This document shows, piece after piece, positions 58,965-64,000 of a stretch of 64,000 bases of DNA. The translations under genes and the position numbers were made by a program. The notes below the pieces were generated by a model, which was not told where the DNA came from, did no database searches, and was given only the letters and a program-made list of their open reading frames with translations. Source of the stretch: Patescibacteria group bacterium (GTDB lineage Bacteria > Patescibacteriota > Patescibacteriia > UBA10025 > JAHIVO01); assembly GCA_041660605.1 (NCBI GenBank), contig JBAZWB010000001.1:686503-750502 (forward strand). The letters run 5' to 3'. How positions within the stretch are numbered: the stretch's first letter is position 1; each line of letters starts with the position of its first letter.

Positions 58965-59056
58965 GATCTTTCTTAAGATTTATTATTTGTTACTCTCTCC
59001 TCAAAGAGTATTTTTGCTGATTTAAAATGAACAAGAAATATTGAATTTAACTGATA

Positions 59057-59085
59057 ATAATATACCCCCAGACATTTTCTGTCAA
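59057..59085 (-). promoter_or_regulatory. Near-consensus sigma70-type promoter for unit B
   Basis: TTGACA-17-TATTAT. Confidence 0.75.
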
Positions 59086-59131
59086 GGGGAGATATCCACA
59101 TTATATTAATTTTTGGCTAAAGTTAGACTAA

Positions 59132-61483
59132 TTACTTCTTTATTAACACACCAAAATATTTATCTGTAACTAAATCCGTGATAAACGACAGATTCTGACC
59201 GTCAGCGCTGACGGTATCAGGACACCAGGCGATCTTATATTTTTCAGGCAAAATTACTGTCCCGGCGTAAAAATCATTCAATACACCAGGCTGTTTCTGA
59301 ATCAGCAGGCTGTAATCATCGGTATTATTAAATAAACCTCCTGGCAAAACGGTAAAAGGCAGCGTATAGGTAATGCTGGCTTCAGCCGCCTGCCCAGGAT
59401 CAACCGTCATCCAGTTGCCAAAAACCGTCTTGCCAAATTCCGTAGTCAATCGGGTATTATTTGCTTCATCCATGATAGCGTCTTTTTCAATTGATTCCAG
59501 GTCCGAATCAGGCGTGGCGTCTGTATCCGGCAGCTTAAAGCGAAAAGAAGGGATATCGGTAAAACCCTTGGCTTCAATTAATTTACTGCCATAGGGGACA
59601 TAAAACCTGACGTATGAAACATTGGCCTGGCCTTCCCAGCGATCACGCGGATTTCCATTATGCACTCTCTTCAATGTAACAGTATCGGTGACCGTGCCAT
59701 CGTCTCCGATCCTAATGTCATGTTTAATGAATTGATCGACTACCTGATCAGTTTTCCCTCCACCGATATTAGTGCTGACAACGTTCAGATAATCCTTGGC
59801 AGTGCTTTTTACTCCCCCGTCCCAGTTTAAATCAGTGATTTTTTTCTGCAGTTCTTCATCATTGAAATAGAGCAGAAAATCCTTGGAATTTATGGAATCG
59901 CCAAAAGCTGATACTACCTTTATTATATTATCCTTATCCGTCTGGAATATCTTGTCTAGTAGTATTGGCAATAAATCACCGATGAACTTTTTCGGCTTAT
60001 TTTCTTCCCTGTCATACTGAACTTCCGCCCAGTATTGGGCTTCACGCACGAAATTGTCCGAGGTGACCGTCACTCCGTAATCTTTCATTTCTATCGGACC
60101 AGTTATGTCCAGCAATTTTTCAACGACTGTCGGCGTCAGTGAAATCACGCCGTCAACAGTCGCCCTGCCCGCTCTTTCGTAGAACCATTCAATCTTCCTG
60201 GCTGACGTAGGAAAATCAACGAACCAATTGGCATCCTGAATATTCCAGTGCGGATTTACCAGCCACAATGGCTTCGGAGCGACAATCTTCTCCTGGAGCT
60301 GCCCGGCAATATCATACACTCCCCCTCCGGGGACTTCCAGATTGGTAATTTTACCCTGATTGATGTCCACTAACGCAATCGAGCCGATAAATCCGCCGGT
60401 CGGCCTCAACTCCCGGTTATTCTGAAAAATCAGCAGATAACGCATTGATTTATTATGGCCCAGCACTTCCAGCATCATATCTGCCAGAGATACATAGCTG
60501 TCTGAGCTTTTTTGAATGGCTGGCAGCAACGTCTGAATCTTGCTAATTTCCGGCTGATACTCCTCGGGGATATCTTTTATCCTGACGTTCTTGATACTTT
60601 CAGCAGCCGCGCTGATTTCCTGCTGCAGAGGGGCTATTTTTTCTCGCACTAATAGTAAATATTGTATTAATGATGATTCATTATCTCCGCCCAGAACGTT
60701 GAGGTCGATATTGGAGATATTGCCTAATAGCTCGGTTATTACCGAACCGGCCTGCGATAATTGGCTGCCGGCAGCCAACAGGTATTGCGCGCTCTTTGCT
60801 TTGTTAGGGACGATCTTTGTCAGCTGTATAACGAACGAACCGACTTCATCCAGCTGCTGCTGCGCTGAAACAAAATAATTCGTTGCCTGACTGAACTGCG
60901 CCTGCGCTGTTTCGTAATCAGATGAGGTTATTGAATTGCCGGCTGCCATCAGGCTCTTATAGGCTTCCGTCGAAATGCCAAGCACCTTGCCTTTAGCGGC
61001 ACTGGCGCTCTTGTAAAATCCAAATAAAAAAATCGGCAGGACAATGATAACGCAAGCCATGATGAAATAAGCCAGCTTCCTGTTCCAGCCCGGCGCCAGT
61101 TGGAATTTCAATAATTCCAGTTTTTCTTCCGTCACTTTATTCTCTCTTTTTGGTTTTTTTTGCACCGGCGGGGGTATGGGTGCGGGTTTTTCTTCCGGTC
61201 TGGGCAGCTGGCTGGCTGGCGGCTGAAAACTCCTGGAAACAATCACTTTTTCCGCTGCTTCACGCCTGCCGGTATCTTGCTTTTCAGTTTTTTTAGGCAG
61301 TTTGAAATTCCCGAAAAATTTCTGAAAAGATAATCCTTTTTTTTCTTTTATTTCCTCGGGTTTTTCAGTTTCAGCAAATTTGCGCAAATCAATGATATTG
61401 GCTTTCGGGACATGCAGATTTTTTGGGTTTGAATTATTTCCCAGAATATTGAATTTATTCGTGTTTATATTATGCCGTTTCAT
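59132..61483 (-). CDS. DUF4012-like domain protein
   Basis: TM plus coiled coil, then YLLIFQNNRELRPTGGFIGS, QDANWFVDFPTSA, VDGVI, NIGGGKTD, IQKQPG. Confidence 0.88.
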   Translation of the reverse strand: MKRHNINTNKFNILGNNSNPKNLHVPKANIIDLRKFAETEKPEEIKEKKGLSFQKFFGNFKLPKKTEKQDTGRREAAEKVIVSRSFQPPASQLPRPEEKPAPIPPPVQKKPKRENKVTEEKLELLKFQLAPGWNRKLAYFIMACVIIVLPIFLFGFYKSASAAKGKVLGISTEAYKSLMAAGNSITSSDYETAQAQFSQATNYFVSAQQQLDEVGSFVIQLTKIVPNKAKSAQYLLAAGSQLSQAGSVITELLGNISNIDLNVLGGDNESSLIQYLLLVREKIAPLQQEISAAAESIKNVRIKDIPEEYQPEISKIQTLLPAIQKSSDSYVSLADMMLEVLGHNKSMRYLLIFQNNRELRPTGGFIGSIALVDINQGKITNLEVPGGGVYDIAGQLQEKIVAPKPLWLVNPHWNIQDANWFVDFPTSARKIEWFYERAGRATVDGVISLTPTVVEKLLDITGPIEMKDYGVTVTSDNFVREAQYWAEVQYDREENKPKKFIGDLLPILLDKIFQTDKDNIIKVVSAFGDSINSKDFLLYFNDEELQKKITDLNWDGGVKSTAKDYLNVVSTNIGGGKTDQVVDQFIKHDIRIGDDGTVTDTVTLKRVHNGNPRDRWEGQANVSYVRFYVPYGSKLIEAKGFTDIPSFRFKLPDTDATPDSDLESIEKDAIMDEANNTRLTTEFGKTVFGNWMTVDPGQAAEASITYTLPFTVLPGGLFNNTDDYSLLIQKQPGVLNDFYAGTVILPEKYKIAWCPDTVSADGQNLSFITDLVTDKYFGVLIKK

Positions 61484-61524
61484 CCCTTTTTGTTAATAAA
61501 ACTTAATAACTGCGATTTAACGTA

Positions 61525-62643
61525 TTATATTGAATTATACAATTCCAGGGTAGATTTGGCCAGCCTGTCCCAGCTGTACTCTTTTGATTTTTTAATGCCC
61601 AATTTACGCAATTTTTCTATTAAGCTTTCGCTATTTAATAACTTACTGATCACTTCCGCCATGTTATCAACGTTATACGGGTCAAAATATACCGCTGCCT
61701 TGCCCAAAATTTCCGGCAGGCATGAATTATTGCTGGCCGCCACTGGCAGTCCATAAGAACACGCTTCCAGGGCCGGCAGGCCGAATCCTTCGCAAAATGA
61801 AGGAAAAGCGTAAATTTTAGCGTTTTTATATAAGCCCGGCAGGTCTTCATCGGTGACAAACCCGGTAAAAATTACTTTTTGCTCCAAGTCATTAAAAGCC
61901 ACTTCTCTTTTAATTTTTTTATAAAAATAATCGTCCTTGCCTACTAGTACCAGATAATATTCCTGATTTTTCTCCAATATTTTTTTAAAAGCCCGCAGCA
62001 GCCCCTCAATATTTTTATGGGGGTAAACATTGCCGACAAATAAAATAAATGGTTTTTTAATCCTGTATTTGCTCAGAACAAACTCTTCGCTCCTGAAATT
62101 CTCTGACGGCGGTTCAACGGCTTCATGAGTAATCAATATTTTATCTGCGGTAATATTAAAATATTTCATCAGCTCCGATTTTGTATATTGGGAAACAGTG
62201 ATTATTTTTCTGGCTTTCTTGACCGCGCTTCTGATGATAACTTTATAGCCGAACTGCTTAATTTTATATAATATTGGTCCGAGAGTAGTCGCTCTTTGCG
62301 TAGGATATTTGGTGATAATCAGATCATGAATAGTCACCACGAAACGGCCAAAATACAATAAGGGCACGTTAAAATGAGGGAAGTGCATGACATCCAGATG
62401 GTACGACCAGATCTTCAATGGTAAAAAAATCTGCTCTGACAGACTATACCAGCGGTAGTCAGCCAGTACCTTCCTGAAATTGCTTTTAGCCGACTGAAAA
62501 GATGCCCAATTTTCTTTGCGCAAAAAAATATAATACTCATTTTTCTCATCCAGGTTTTCCAGATGAGTTATCAGTTTTTCGGTGTACCGCCCGAGTCCTT
62601 TGCCGAATGATCCGTAAAAACGGGCGTCGATGCCAATCCTCAT
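61525..62643 (-). CDS. GT4 glycosyltransferase (mannosyltransferase-like)
   Basis: MRIGIDAR, VTIHDL, PHKN, EGFGLPALEA. Confidence 0.93.
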   Translation of the reverse strand: MRIGIDARFYGSFGKGLGRYTEKLITHLENLDEKNEYYIFLRKENWASFQSAKSNFRKVLADYRWYSLSEQIFLPLKIWSYHLDVMHFPHFNVPLLYFGRFVVTIHDLIITKYPTQRATTLGPILYKIKQFGYKVIIRSAVKKARKIITVSQYTKSELMKYFNITADKILITHEAVEPPSENFRSEEFVLSKYRIKKPFILFVGNVYPHKNIEGLLRAFKKILEKNQEYYLVLVGKDDYFYKKIKREVAFNDLEQKVIFTGFVTDEDLPGLYKNAKIYAFPSFCEGFGLPALEACSYGLPVAASNNSCLPEILGKAAVYFDPYNVDNMAEVISKLLNSESLIEKLRKLGIKKSKEYSWDRLAKSTLELYNSI

Positions 62644-62645
62644 AA

Positions 62646-63749
62646 TTATTTAGAAGTTAAAATTTCCAATGTTTTTTCTGCGGTATTTTCCCAGGTAAAC
62701 TGCCTGACCCATTCTTTCGCTCTTTTAGCGATTTTTTCGCGAAAAATATCATTGGTCATAACCTGCTTGATCGCGGCAACGATTTCCTGGGGATTATAGG
62801 GATCTATCAATATGGCCGTACCGCCGCTGATAGCCGGCAATGAAGTGCCGTGGCTGGTAATAACTGCAGTACCGGCGGCCATGGCTTCCAGCACCGGCAA
62901 TCCGAATCCCTCATAATATGAAGGGTAAATGAATGCCTTAGCCGTTTTATACAGCGCCTTTTTTTCCTGATCGCTGACGTAGCCGATAATTTTTTCGGTG
63001 CCTCGGCAAATTTTAACGGTTTTTTTGTCCACTTTACCGGCAATAACCAAATCATATTCCGTCTGGCCCGCAATTTTCCAGGCCTGCAGAAGTCCTTCAA
63101 TATTTTTCCTTTTTTCAACGGTGGCCAGATATAGAATGAACGGTTTATTTAAATTAAATTTATTCTTTAATTCTTCGCATTTTATTTGATCGACTTCATC
63201 GCTGAAATCCATATCAACACCGAGGGGTATGACGGAAATTTTTTTTGGAGATATTTGATAACGCGTTTCCAGATCTGATTTCGTACTTGATGATACGGCG
63301 ATAATTTTATCAGCCCGGCGCAAGGCTTCCTCAGGTCCGATAAATTTATGCCAATAATAAGCTTTTCGAGTATAAAATGAGCTTTGGAAAAATGAAAGGT
63401 CATGGACTGTCAGCACCAGACGGCATTTGGCTGAAAAATGCCAAAAATTAAGATTAGGCATAAAAAACAAATCCACTCCTCCTAACAGAGAATCCAGTTC
63501 AGGTTTCTTTAGAAAAAACAATGAGGAGTTGAATGCTTTACTCGGCCAGTGGAATTCCTTCAAAACCGCATTTTTTTCATTGAACAATGACTTGTATCTG
63601 TCATCAATTTTCTTCAGCGAATTATAAAAAAACAGATAAGTATTGGCCTTATCTCGCATCAGTAAATGACGAATGATTTGATAGGTATATTCAGTAACCC
63701 CTGACGGGAAGGGTTCAACGAAAGTTCTTATATCAATGCCAATTCGCAT
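62646..63749 (-). CDS. GT4 glycosyltransferase (mannosyltransferase-like)
   Basis: MRIGIDIR, TVHDL, EKRKN, EGFGLPVLEAM. Confidence 0.93.
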   Translation of the reverse strand: MRIGIDIRTFVEPFPSGVTEYTYQIIRHLLMRDKANTYLFFYNSLKKIDDRYKSLFNEKNAVLKEFHWPSKAFNSSLFFLKKPELDSLLGGVDLFFMPNLNFWHFSAKCRLVLTVHDLSFFQSSFYTRKAYYWHKFIGPEEALRRADKIIAVSSSTKSDLETRYQISPKKISVIPLGVDMDFSDEVDQIKCEELKNKFNLNKPFILYLATVEKRKNIEGLLQAWKIAGQTEYDLVIAGKVDKKTVKICRGTEKIIGYVSDQEKKALYKTAKAFIYPSYYEGFGLPVLEAMAAGTAVITSHGTSLPAISGGTAILIDPYNPQEIVAAIKQVMTNDIFREKIAKRAKEWVRQFTWENTAEKTLEILTSK

Positions 63750-63750
63750 G

Positions 63751-64000
63751 TTATACTTGTCGGCTCTCTATGCCTTCTTCTTTATGCCAATATTCCGCTA
63801 AATATGCAATGGCCAGGCTGATAATCAAGCCGGCGATAAAGCCCAGGACAACATTCAGCCAGATATTCGGCTTGTCTTCGACAATTACCGGTTTTGATCC
63901 GACTACCTCGAATACTGATTTATTGTCTGAGGTTTGATTTGAAGCTGCAGCTTTTGTTTCTACGATACTGATTATTGCCTGACCGATTTTTTCAGCTGTA
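63751..64000 (-). CDS. Wzz/CapA-like chain-length determinant, C-terminal part (truncated by the window edge)
   Basis: Manual translation ...KPVIVEDKPNIWLNVVLGFIAGLIISLAIAYLAEYW...: Pro motif followed by a C-terminal TM. Confidence 0.6.
   Translation of the reverse strand, partial: TAEKIGQAIISIVETKAAASNQTSDNKSVFEVVGSKPVIVEDKPNIWLNVVLGFIAGLIISLAIAYLAEYWHKEEGIESRQV

Larger units (their letters stand above)
57900..59050 (-). ncRNA. Candidate approx. 1.1-kb structured non-coding RNA or leader, unit B
   Basis: No ORF-track entry between 57955 and 59131, back-to-back multi-stem domains, and a near-consensus promoter upstream. Confidence 0.55.

Noticed and set aside
57900-59050. Identification as tmRNA, RNase P RNA, SRP RNA or a cobalamin riboswitch
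   Set aside because: No G3-U70 alanine acceptor or tag frame, no GAGGAAAGUCC-type RNase P core, no recognisable SRP domain IV, and the GGTGCAAATCC loop lacks B12-box context. A formal Rfam scan is still needed.

Overview
Bacterial chromosomal window read with the standard code. It most likely comes from a Patescibacteria/CPR (Parcubacteria-like) genome; this is inferred from gene families such as DUF4012-like, PEGA and S8 plus FG-GAP, tight gene overlaps, and few Shine-Dalgarno sites in core genes. About 50 kb is a cell-envelope and glycosylation region. It holds murA, rmlABCD, ahcY, nucleotide-sugar dehydrogenases and epimerases, many GT2/GT4 enzymes, four GT-C-like membrane proteins, two Wzx flippases, GtrA, and an AT-rich block of methyltransferases and kinase-like genes. 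An S8 protease, an HtrA-like protein, lepA and murJ follow. The most unusual part is a largely non-coding island at about 55.2-59.1 kb. It has two near-consensus sigma70 promoters on the minus strand and several families of paralogous stem-loop modules, some with compensatory base changes. It also contains a 148-nt tRNA-like element ending in CCA, a Trp-rich 7-codon uORF before a terminator-like hairpin, boxA-like motifs, a REP-like repeat cluster, and a few small SD-led ORFs. No integrase, transposase, reverse transcriptase, rRNA, canonical tRNA or CRISPR array was seen. All calls come from reading motifs by eye; no searches or folding computations were run.
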